Below are positions 1-7,638 of a DNA stretch of 10,819 nucleotides, piece after piece. Made by a program: the position numbers and the translations under genes. Where the stretch lies: positions 1 to 10,819 of the forward strand of contig BTVV01000172.1 of the NCBI GenBank assembly GCA_045863855.1, read 5' to 3'. Under the pieces are notes generated by a model. It had not been told where the DNA came from. It did not search any database and saw nothing but the letters and a program-made list of their open reading frames with translations. This stretch comes from Planctomycetota bacterium (GTDB lineage Bacteria; Planctomycetota; SZUA-567; H5-PLA8). The number at the start of each line of letters is the position of its first letter. The first letter of the stretch is position 1.

Positions 1-319
1 CGTGCTTGCGCGCGTAGTTATGGCTGACCCCGGGGTGCTCGTTCAGCTTCTCGGCGACTTCATCAGCTTTGCCGTCGGGCGCCTTGGCTGCCACGAGGCT
101 GGATTGGTAACCCAGCGTGCGCGTATCGAAGATGGTGCTGATCTGCCGCAGAATCCGGCTTTCCTTCAGATCTCGAATGTTGGCAATGATGTCGTGCTCG
201 GTGAGGCCCACCTTTTCGCCCAACGCCTTGTACGGGCGCTCCACCAGCGGAACTTCGTTTTGCATCTCGTTCAGGAGGTGCTGGACCTTCGGCTCGAGGT
301 CTGCGACGGTCTTTTGCAT
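1..319 (-). CDS. ahbA: Siroheme decarboxylase subunit (AhbA/NirD-like, Lrp/AsnC fold), N-terminal 106 codons; runs off the left edge and may be an AhbAB/NirDL fusion
   Basis: Manual translation (not in ORF track): MQKTVADLEPKVQHLLNEMQNEVPLVERPYKALGEKVGLTEHDIIANIRDLKESRILRQISTIFDTRTLGYQSSLVAAKAPDGKADEVAEKLNEHPGVSHNYARKH. The motifs Q..PL.ERPY..LG, RQIS.IFD...LGY.SSLVAA and HPGVSHNY.R are typical of AhbA/NirD. GGAGG RBS at 325-329, 5 nt before the ATG at 319. Confidence 0.88.
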   Translation of the reverse strand, partial: MQKTVADLEPKVQHLLNEMQNEVPLVERPYKALGEKVGLTEHDIIANIRDLKESRILRQISTIFDTRTLGYQSSLVAAKAPDGKADEVAEKLNEHPGVSHNYARKH

Positions 320-356
320 AACGTCCTCCGGGTTGGGCTGCTGGCGCAAGGTTCAA

Positions 357-384
357 AGTCTAATCGAAGCGCGCGGAAGGGCAA
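357..384 (-). promoter_or_regulatory. Putative sigma70-type promoter upstream of ahbA
   Basis: Minus strand reads TTGCCC-N16-TAGACT in the 74-bp gap between the second Mrp gene and ahbA. Confidence 0.4.
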
Positions 385-393
385 CGGGCGGGA

Positions 394-1446
394 TCAGGTC
401 GCTGGCGCGGCGGCTTGCTGCTGTATCGAGATCTGCGCGGCCATGCGTTCGGCCGTCGTGCGCAAAATGCGGGCGATCGGGTGGTCCGGCATGGCTTCGA
501 CGCAAGGCGCGCCGCGGTCGGCACAGACCGCCAGTTCCGGCGCGAACGGGAGTTCGGCCAGGAACGGTACACCCCACTCTTCGGCCAGGGCGCCCGCGCC
601 CAAGCCCGAATGCGGCGTGCGCAGGTCGATGCGGTTCTCGATCAACCCCAGCAGCGGGACGCGCATCTGGTCGTAAAACGGCTTGCGCCGCCGAGTTTCA
701 TCGAGGCTCAGACGCTGCGGCGTCGTGACTAGTACCACGCCGGCGGCGGCGCAATGTTGCGCAAGCGCCAAGGGAATATCCGTATTGCCCGGCGGAAGAT
801 CGACGACCAGGTAGTCGGCTTCGCTCCAGACCACGTCGCGCAGAAACTGCGAGACGATGCCGCCCAGGATCGGTCCGCGCCAGATCATCGCCTGCCGCGG
901 ATCGACCAAATACCCCATGCTCATCGTTTCGAGGCCGTTGTGGACCAAGGGCTGAATCTTTTCCTGGCCCTGCAGCTTGGGGCGTTCCTGGCGTCCCAAG
1001 AGCGACGGCAGCGCCGGCGCGAAGACGTCCAGATCCAGGAGCGCCGTGCGCGCACCCAAGGCCTGGAGCGCGTAAGCCAGATTCACCGCCAGCGTCGATT
1101 TGCCAACGCCGCCCTTGCCGCCGTCTACCAGGATCACATTCTTGATCTGGGGGACGAGGTTTTCGCCGCCGGGGGCCGCCATCGCGCCGGCTTTGACTTT
1201 GCCGGTCAGGGTCAGTTCGAGCTTTTGGACTCCCGGAAATGCTTGGGCCACCGCTGCACGAATGTCGGCTTCGATCTTTTCCTTAAGCGGGCACGCCGGC
1301 GTGGTGAGTTCGCAAGTGAACGCCAGCTTCGTCCCGCTGTCCTCGATACGAATGTGCTGGATCATGCCCATCTTGACGATGGACTGTCCGAGGTCCGGGT
1401 CTTGGACCTCGTCGAGCACGGCGAGCAGGGATTCTGTGGTCAGCAT
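394..1446 (-). CDS. Mrp/NBP35/ApbC-family P-loop ATPase with N-terminal DUF59 (FeS_assembly_P) domain; divergent paralog
   Basis: DUF59 motifs V.DPDLG.SIV and ELTTPACP; deviant Walker A GKGGVGKST; IWRGP, DYLVVDLPPG, VTTPQ, GLIEN. Start is ATG 1446 or GTG 1449, about 18 bp after the upstream paralog's stop. Confidence 0.9.
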   Translation of the reverse strand: MLTTESLLAVLDEVQDPDLGQSIVKMGMIQHIRIEDSGTKLAFTCELTTPACPLKEKIEADIRAAVAQAFPGVQKLELTLTGKVKAGAMAAPGGENLVPQIKNVILVDGGKGGVGKSTLAVNLAYALQALGARTALLDLDVFAPALPSLLGRQERPKLQGQEKIQPLVHNGLETMSMGYLVDPRQAMIWRGPILGGIVSQFLRDVVWSEADYLVVDLPPGNTDIPLALAQHCAAAGVVLVTTPQRLSLDETRRRKPFYDQMRVPLLGLIENRIDLRTPHSGLGAGALAEEWGVPFLAELPFAPELAVCADRGAPCVEAMPDHPIARILRTTAERMAAQISIQQQAAAPAT

Positions 1447-1464
1447 CACGGTCTCGATGGCGCC

Positions 1465-2790
1465 CTACAGCTTTTGCCCCAGCTCACGAAGGTAATTAAA
1501 CGTATAGATCCCGCTGCCGTGCCCGTCATTGAAAGCGATGCTTAATCCGTAACGGCCGACCGGGCGCGCTTCGGCGATGGCGATGTTCATCGGAATCTGC
1601 TGCTCGTTGACGATCCGCTCGTTGGTCATCTCGTCACGGCAACCGGCGCAGGGACAGGCGAGGCGCAGCTTGCGCGCATCGTAGATCATCACCGAGCCGT
1701 CGTCCCAGACGATCTTGGGCGGGCGCTGTTCGGCCAGCAAGACCTGCTTGGGCCGGTCCTGAACCGATTTCTCCTGCAGGTTGCTGATGCTGAGCTGCGA
1801 AGCGAGCCTGGCGGCGGCTTCGAAAAACGCCTTCGAACCCGGAGCATCCTTGTCGAGCGCGACCAGCGGAACGCCCAGATCGCCGCTTTCGACCATCTTC
1901 GGATCCAGCGGGATGCTGCCCAGGAACGGTACGCCCATTTCGCGCGCGACCTTCTCGGTCGTATTCGTGCCGAATACGCTGCCGGCCATGTTCTCGAGAA
2001 GTCCCAGAATGGGGATGTTCACCTGCTGGAACATCTTGAGGCCCTTTTTAGCGATGCGCATTGCTACCTGCTGAGGCGTGGTGACGATCACCGCACCGTT
2101 TAACGGGGCGGATTGAGTTAGCGTGAGCTGGATATCGCCGGTGCCGGGAGGCAAGTCGAGGAGCAGGTAGTCGAGCTCGCCCCAGTTGACGGCGCCGAGG
2201 AACTGCTGCAGCAAGCGGCTGGCGATGGGCCCGCGCCAGATCGTCGGCGCATCTTCGCCCACCAGCATCCCGACGCTCATGGCTTTTATCCCGAATGCCA
2301 TGGGCGGGATCGCACGCCCGTCGTCGTCGGCCATGGGGCGGTCGGTGATGCCGAGCATGCCCGGTACGCTTGGGCCGTAGATGTCCGCATCGAGAATGCC
2401 GACTTTGGCGCCGGACTGTGCCAACGCCAGCGCCAGGTTCACGGTGGCGGTGCTTTTACCCACGCCGCCCTTGCCGGACCCGACTGCGACGCAGTTCTTT
2501 ACGCCCTTCAGGATGTCCTGGGCGCCGACGTTCCGGCCTACCGTCTGGGCCGTCATGGTCACGTCGACGTGCGAGACGCCGGCGATGCCACGGATGGCTT
2601 GATCGGCTTGGGATTTAAGCTGTTCCTTAACGGGGCACGCCGGCGTGGTCAGTTCGATAGTGACCCCTACGGTGCCTTCGCAAATCTTGACCTCCTTGAC
2701 GAAATCGCAGGCCACGATATCTCGGCCCAAATCGGGGTCTTTGACCGCGCGTAATGCATCAAGTACTTGGTCTTTCGTAACTTCCGGCAT
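1465..2790 (-). CDS. apbC: Mrp/ApbC iron-sulfur cluster carrier ATPase with N-terminal DUF59 and C-terminal DUF971 (GBBH-N-like) domains, 441 aa
   Basis: VKDPDLGRDIV and ELTTPACP; SGKGGVGKST; DADIYGPS; IWRGP; DLPPGTGD; VTTPQ; C-terminal LRLACPCAGC...VGRYGL.I.F.DGH.SGIY (DUF971). True start is ATG 2790 (MPEVTKDQV) with a GAGGAG RBS at about 2797-2802. The track's extension to 2976 looks non-coding. Confidence 0.93.
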   Translation of the reverse strand: MPEVTKDQVLDALRAVKDPDLGRDIVACDFVKEVKICEGTVGVTIELTTPACPVKEQLKSQADQAIRGIAGVSHVDVTMTAQTVGRNVGAQDILKGVKNCVAVGSGKGGVGKSTATVNLALALAQSGAKVGILDADIYGPSVPGMLGITDRPMADDDGRAIPPMAFGIKAMSVGMLVGEDAPTIWRGPIASRLLQQFLGAVNWGELDYLLLDLPPGTGDIQLTLTQSAPLNGAVIVTTPQQVAMRIAKKGLKMFQQVNIPILGLLENMAGSVFGTNTTEKVAREMGVPFLGSIPLDPKMVESGDLGVPLVALDKDAPGSKAFFEAAARLASQLSISNLQEKSVQDRPKQVLLAEQRPPKIVWDDGSVMIYDARKLRLACPCAGCRDEMTNERIVNEQQIPMNIAIAEARPVGRYGLSIAFNDGHGSGIYTFNYLRELGQKL

Positions 2791-2884
2791 GCGTAACTCC
2801 TCGTGCGGGTGGCAATCGACAGTGGCGAAAACGCAGTGTACTCGATGACTACTGGGCTGCGCGAATGCTTCGCAAGGCCGCCTA

Positions 2885-2913
2885 GTCATACTAATGTAAC
2901 CTAGTCGGGTCAA
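2885..2913 (-). promoter_or_regulatory. Putative sigma70-type promoter for the mrp-mrp operon
   Basis: Minus strand TTGACC-N17-TATGAC in an AT-richer intergenic patch; the -10 box is imperfect. Confidence 0.35.
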
Positions 2914-2987
2914 GTATTGGTGCGCTACCCCTTCCATGGTCGCCTTTGCCAAGGGAGCGGGAATTAAGAAGTGCAACGCATCGAACT

Positions 2988-2996
2988 TGTTATACT
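2988..2996 (+). promoter_or_regulatory. Putative extended -10 promoter for the Cys-rich protein gene
   Basis: TG-T-TATACT at 2988-2996, then GGGGAG RBS at 3011-3016 and ATG at 3025. Confidence 0.5.
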
Positions 2997-3024
2997 TGAG
3001 TACGGCTTTTGGGGAGATCGACGC

Positions 3025-3801
3025 ATGATGCTTCGCATCGCAATCGGCGGGTTGTGGCTGATCTTGGCCTGCGGGACCTATGCGCAGGCCGCCGAAGAAG
3101 TGGTGCTTACTTATAAAGATGGGCGGAAGGAGAAGGTCGAACTTGCGTCCTACGACGCCGAGCAGATCGTCGTGCGTATCAAGGTCGGCAAGAATCTGAT
3201 GGATGTCAAAGTGCCGTGGGACAAGATCCAGGAATTAAGCAACGGGCTGACGGCCGAGCGGGTCCGCGAGAAATGGCGCGAAGCAAACAAGGACAAGCTT
3301 TGTGCGGAGTGCCAAGGCGCGAGAACGGTAAATTGCGAAAAATGCGGAGGCGAAGGCCAGCTTGTGAAGGAACGCGTGCCGTGTGGGGCATGCAAAGCCG
3401 AAGGCGTTTTGGCCTGCCAAGGCAAAGATTGCGATAAGGGCAAGGTGCCCTGCCCGGAGCCCTGCATCAAGAAAGGTGTGGGGGAATGGGTGACGGGCAA
3501 GGACGGCAATCCTTGGCGGCGGTATCGCTTCGGGGGCCAGTATGTCGAGTGGAGCGAGGGGCATGTCGGCGAATTGGTCATCATGGAGGATGGCAAGCCG
3601 GCCAACAAAGGCAACTGTCCAACCTGCAACCGGACCACGCGCGTCGATTGCGCGCAATGCAAGGGCGCGGGTACGCAGCCGTGCGCGGACTGCAAAGGTG
3701 AGAAGACTGTGCCCAAGCCGGGCGCCGCGCCGGATTGCCCGGACTGCGAAGGCGGCAAGGCGGTCTGCAAGGCTTGTAAAGGAAAAGGATTGAAGGAGTA
3801 A
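3025..3801 (+). CDS. Exported Cys-rich protein with ten DnaJ-type zinc-finger (CxxCxGxG-like) repeats, 258 aa
   Basis: Signal peptide MMLRIAIGGLWLILACGTYAQA/AEE; small beta-rich N-domain (LTYKDGR...VKVPWDKI); repeats CAEC, CEKC, CGAC, CQGKDC, CPEPC, CPTC, CAQC, CADC, CPDC, CKAC. The RBS supports ATG 3025 rather than GTG 2971. Confidence 0.85.
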   Translation: MMLRIAIGGLWLILACGTYAQAAEEVVLTYKDGRKEKVELASYDAEQIVVRIKVGKNLMDVKVPWDKIQELSNGLTAERVREKWREANKDKLCAECQGARTVNCEKCGGEGQLVKERVPCGACKAEGVLACQGKDCDKGKVPCPEPCIKKGVGEWVTGKDGNPWRRYRFGGQYVEWSEGHVGELVIMEDGKPANKGNCPTCNRTTRVDCAQCKGAGTQPCADCKGEKTVPKPGAAPDCPDCEGGKAVCKACKGKGLKE

Positions 3802-3808
3802 CGCGAAG

Positions 3809-6184
3809 TTACGCTTTGCCGGATGCGCCGGCTTTATCCTGAGCGTCGAGTTTCTCGCTCAGCCGGCCCAGCGCTTGGCGCAGATCGTTCAGTTCGGCCT
3901 CGCCGATATCTTCTCCGCCGTAACGTACGCGTTCGAAGAGGCTGGTGACCGTCAGCACCGGCGCGAGGTCCTGGCCGCCGCGCCGCACGACGGCTTCGGC
4001 AAACTCCCGCGGGGTCTGCCCAAGCCGGCGCATGAACCCTCGCTTCGACAGCACTTGCAACAATTCGTTGTAGAAGCTCACCGCGGCCCGCGCGCGCGGC
4101 GGCAGTTTATTGAGCGGATTGCGGCGCTCCTCCTGCTGCCGCCACAACACCACCAGGCCCCAGGCGAGGAGTCCCAACACGCTGACCCAGATGGCGAGCG
4201 TCCAGAGTCCGCCCCAATTGCTTCCGGTGAGGAGATCGGCCAAGCCGTCGAAGGTGCCTTTCACATTCTCGCCCAACCGGCCATACATGGCTTCCTGCGT
4301 GTCGCCGTCGTAGCTGAGGAAGTAGTCCCAACTCCGCGTTACCCAACCGCGCTCGCTGCTGGAGGAGGGGCTGTCGAGCGGTGCCGGCGGGGGCAAAGGG
4401 CGACCCAGAGGATCGGCTCCGGTTCCCGCAGTAAGAGGCGCATCGCTGCTTCCCGGAGTCGGATCGAAAGGAACCCAGCCGTAGCCCGTGAAATAAACCT
4501 CGGCCCACGCGTGCGCATCGGAATTGCGGAAAGTGACGCGGTTCAAGGTGGGATGACTGGGCGCGGTTTGGGCGTATCCGAAAGCCAGTCGAGCGGGCAA
4601 GCCCACGGCGCGGGCCAGGATCACGTACCCGGTTGCAAAATAGCCGCAATGGCCTTGGCGTTGTTCGGGCGTACCGAGCAGGAACTCCGCAGCATGGTCG
4701 GACGTGTGCGGTACCCGATTAAGCTGCAGCGTATAGGTGTACTGACCGCTGCTGCGCAGGTAGTCGCGCAAACGCACGGCGCGCTGGAGATCGGAGCCCA
4801 ACTCAGCCGTCAATTGGTGTGCCAGCGCTCGAATTTGCTGGGCGTACACCGCGCTCTGCATGCCTAGATCCCAGGTCCGGTAGCGCCGGTCGGTGGTGAG
4901 TGCGGGTACGCCGGCCAGCGGTCCGTAACGAGGCGGGAGCCAGGCTTCGACTTCGTACGAGTCGCCGGGATGCAGAATAGCCCGGCCCGGCGGATGCAGT
5001 CCGCCTTCTTCGTCCTCTTGCAACGCGTCGACGTACAACCGCCGTACCGGCGCGGGCGCGACGTAAACGCGCCCTTGTAGAGTCTCCATCTTAAGTGTCG
5101 CTCGATAGGAAGTCGCGCCCGCAGGCCGTAGAAAGGCCGGACGATCCTCCGAGAACGCTACGTAATTGGTGCCGCTTTCCGGGCGCGCCGTTTCGCCTTG
5201 CGGTGCGCGTGACCACCGGTTGTTGTCGTAGATGCTGAAGGCGCCCGCGCGAAAGTAGAGACGGCCTTCCTCTTGAACCACGTCCTGAACCGGGCGGTCG
5301 AACTGCACGCTGACGGCCGGCGTGGGATCGTCGGAGATGGGACTGAGGTCGGAAAGGTCGATGTTGTCATTCAGTCCGACGGCGCGTTCGCCGATGGTCT
5401 GATTCAGGCCGCGGCCTAAGCGCGGGAGCAGGTCGTTCGGCCGATCGGTCTTGCCGTCGGGGTTGTCGGCGGAAGGAGGCGGCCGAAATTGGTCGAAGAC
5501 CTGCGTGAACATGTTGCGCATGTTGCCGCTGAGTCTCGGCCAGGCGAAGAAGAGGGCGAAACCCAGCACCAAACACAGTACGGAAACGGCCGCGGTGAAT
5601 TGCAGGCCTTGCCAGATCGCGCGCTCGGACAACGCGTTCCCGGGTTCGGGCTTGGGGCCGCCTCCGGAGTGGGCCCTCGAGACCGAGGCGGCCTGGTCTT
5701 CGAATGCCGTACGGCCGCGCCAGAGCGCATGGACGTAAAGCGCCCACGTGGTCGTTGCCAGAAAGACCAGCAATCGCAACAGCAAGTCTGGGCCGTGATC
5801 AATGATGCCCGAGAGGACCACGATGAACAGGCTGGATGCGCAGTACGAGTAGAAGGAGGTGGCGCGGAAGGCCGTGAAGAAGAGCGCCACTTGAATCATG
5901 ACCAGCAGGTGCGCCATCTGCGAGGCCAGCAGAAACGCGAGGTTCTGCTCGTAATAACGCAGCGCGGGTACCATGAACTGAACCATCAAAACGCCGCCCA
6001 GCAATCCAGCAAGCCAGCTCCGCACCGGCCTGGCGCGCCCGGAATCCACCGTCCAATACGCCAAGGCGCCGCCGCCCAGCACCAGCCCCAGCCAGCGCAG
6101 ATCGCGTTCCACCGTCGAGATCGCCAAGGCTCCGCTGGCGACCATCAGGTAGATCGAAATGCGCAGGATGCGGTAGAGGTCCAT
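3809..6184 (-). CDS. Membrane transglutaminase-like protein (TgpA-type: DUF3488 TM region, transglutaminase core, C-terminal DUF4129), 791 aa
   Basis: N-terminal TM bundle; catalytic triad motifs GHCGYFA (C513), DAHAWAEVYF (H558), WVPFDPTP (D574); late TM helix; DUF4129-like GQTPREFA...LFERVRYGG. Lies downstream of moxR and DUF58 genes. Confidence 0.93.
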   Translation of the reverse strand: MDLYRILRISIYLMVASGALAISTVERDLRWLGLVLGGGALAYWTVDSGRARPVRSWLAGLLGGVLMVQFMVPALRYYEQNLAFLLASQMAHLLVMIQVALFFTAFRATSFYSYCASSLFIVVLSGIIDHGPDLLLRLLVFLATTTWALYVHALWRGRTAFEDQAASVSRAHSGGGPKPEPGNALSERAIWQGLQFTAAVSVLCLVLGFALFFAWPRLSGNMRNMFTQVFDQFRPPPSADNPDGKTDRPNDLLPRLGRGLNQTIGERAVGLNDNIDLSDLSPISDDPTPAVSVQFDRPVQDVVQEEGRLYFRAGAFSIYDNNRWSRAPQGETARPESGTNYVAFSEDRPAFLRPAGATSYRATLKMETLQGRVYVAPAPVRRLYVDALQEDEEGGLHPPGRAILHPGDSYEVEAWLPPRYGPLAGVPALTTDRRYRTWDLGMQSAVYAQQIRALAHQLTAELGSDLQRAVRLRDYLRSSGQYTYTLQLNRVPHTSDHAAEFLLGTPEQRQGHCGYFATGYVILARAVGLPARLAFGYAQTAPSHPTLNRVTFRNSDAHAWAEVYFTGYGWVPFDPTPGSSDAPLTAGTGADPLGRPLPPPAPLDSPSSSSERGWVTRSWDYFLSYDGDTQEAMYGRLGENVKGTFDGLADLLTGSNWGGLWTLAIWVSVLGLLAWGLVVLWRQQEERRNPLNKLPPRARAAVSFYNELLQVLSKRGFMRRLGQTPREFAEAVVRRGGQDLAPVLTVTSLFERVRYGGEDIGEAELNDLRQALGRLSEKLDAQDKAGASGKA

Positions 6185-6258
6185 GTTCGTCGCCGCCGTC
6201 CGTCGGCTGGTGCCTTTCCTTTAACGTTCCAAACGCCGCCTTGGTTCCCCAAAATGCA

Positions 6259-7638
6259 TCAGCCGATCAGCGCCAGCTCTTCTTGAGCCAGATCGTCCAG
6301 TTCTTCATCGCCGTAGGCGAGCAGGAGGTCTTCGTCGACCTCCTCGCGCGCGCCGCCGCCGCGGCGGAAGATGCGGCGAAATTCGTCGCCGCGCACGTCT
6401 AGCACCTTGACCGCATTGTCCAGCGAAGCCAGCCAGGTCAGATCGCAGCGTACCCGCAGACTGCCTAGTCCTAGAACCAGCACGTACACATGCCGTAACT
6501 CTTCCCTGCGCAGCGCACCGCGCATATCGGCCAGCGTGCGCGAATTGTCCGGCTGCAGTCCGGCCAATGCTTCCAGCCACATATCCAGGTTGCGCTTTTC
6601 CCGCGTGATCTCCATACGCAGGGGACGCTCGCCCGGCGGGAGCGTCGCAACCTGGACATGGCAATTGCGGCGATTTAGTTCACGCACCACCGTTCCGGCG
6701 AAGCTGAGCGCCAGTTCGAATGCCGGACCGCGCTGCGTACCCAGGCGTTGGAGATTGGTGTCCAGGAGCAGGAGCACGCGGCGGGTCTGAGGCTCTTCGA
6801 ACTCTTTAATCAGTGGGCGTCCCATGCGCGCGCTGCTGCGCCAGTGGATCCACTTGGGGTTGTCGCCGTGGCGGTATTCGCGCAGGGAACGAAAGTCCTG
6901 CTCCTCTCGGCTGGGCCTGCTGCGGCGCATGCGCGTCAACGCCAATTCCAGCTCTTCGAATAGGCCGCCGTCGATTTCGCCGAGCCGGGGATAAACGACC
7001 AGCCGGCCGGGAATGCGGCGTTCCCCGGTGCAGCGCCAGAATCCGAAGGGGAAGGTCGTACTGAGACTCGTGCGCCCGTATTCGTACATACCCCGGCGGC
7101 GAACCAGAAGCGAGTAGCGGGTGGGCTCCAGGCCGCGCCCGATAACCGCGACGGCATAGGTCTGGCCGCTGCCGGCGCCTCCGGGGCGCGCCGTGCCTCC
7201 CGGCGCCAGGGTCAGGCGCTGGGATTCGCCGGACGACGGACTGGCGGATTCCTTGGTGCGGGTGACCGCGCGCAGACTCTCGCTCAGCGTCACGCCGCCC
7301 GCCGGTAATCGGCCCGCATTCTTGAGCGTCAAGGTCACCGTGACGGGCTCGCCGGCAAAGGTTCGCTCGGCGCAGCGGCGTTGGAGCCCTAACTGCTTCA
7401 ACGAGCGGCTGCCTAGAAATAGACCCGTGGTCAGGACGCTGAAGAGCACCAGTCCGATTAGGAGCGGGATGTTGGCCAGTTCGTCGTTGCGGAAGGCGAC
7501 TGCGCCGCAGGCGCAGGCCAACAGCGTGAAGAGCAAACCGTCTTTGGTCAGGCGCAGGATCGTGCGCAGCGGCCAGGCCAGGAATCTGCCCATGGCGCGA
7601 AGGGCGCGGATCAACCGTCGATTGCGGGGCTCGGGCAT
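6259..7638 (-). CDS. DUF58 domain-containing membrane protein (MoxR partner), 459 aa
   Basis: Two N-terminal TM helices; RRG.Y...FPFG...LVVYP; DFRSLREYRHGD.PK.IHWRSSAR; LIKEFEE; LLLD. ATG 7638 with GGAG RBS at 7644-7647. Confidence 0.92.
   Translation of the reverse strand: MPEPRNRRLIRALRAMGRFLAWPLRTILRLTKDGLLFTLLACACGAVAFRNDELANIPLLIGLVLFSVLTTGLFLGSRSLKQLGLQRRCAERTFAGEPVTVTLTLKNAGRLPAGGVTLSESLRAVTRTKESASPSSGESQRLTLAPGGTARPGGAGSGQTYAVAVIGRGLEPTRYSLLVRRRGMYEYGRTSLSTTFPFGFWRCTGERRIPGRLVVYPRLGEIDGGLFEELELALTRMRRSRPSREEQDFRSLREYRHGDNPKWIHWRSSARMGRPLIKEFEEPQTRRVLLLLDTNLQRLGTQRGPAFELALSFAGTVVRELNRRNCHVQVATLPPGERPLRMEITREKRNLDMWLEALAGLQPDNSRTLADMRGALRREELRHVYVLVLGLGSLRVRCDLTWLASLDNAVKVLDVRGDEFRRIFRRGGGAREEVDEDLLLAYGDEELDDLAQEELALIG

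Noticed and set aside
2..1545. Long plus-strand ORFs 2..676, 117..728 and 754..1545
   Set aside because: Antisense shadows of ahbA and the mrp genes in GC-rich DNA, with no recognisable motifs.
2791..2976. 62-aa N-terminal extension of the first Mrp ORF given in the track
   Set aside because: Homology and a strong RBS point to ATG 2790; the extension covers the promoter and palindrome region.
3301..3798. Cys-rich protein as a multiheme cytochrome c or a true DnaJ
   Set aside because: There is no CxxCH motif, despite the nearby heme gene, and no J-domain HPD motif.
3025..6184. Lys-rich exported protein as a substrate of the neighbouring transglutaminase
   Set aside because: The genes are convergent rather than co-transcribed, and adjacency is the only support.
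3875..6286. Plus-strand ORFs 3875..4867 and 5489..6286
   Set aside because: Shadows of the transglutaminase-like gene.
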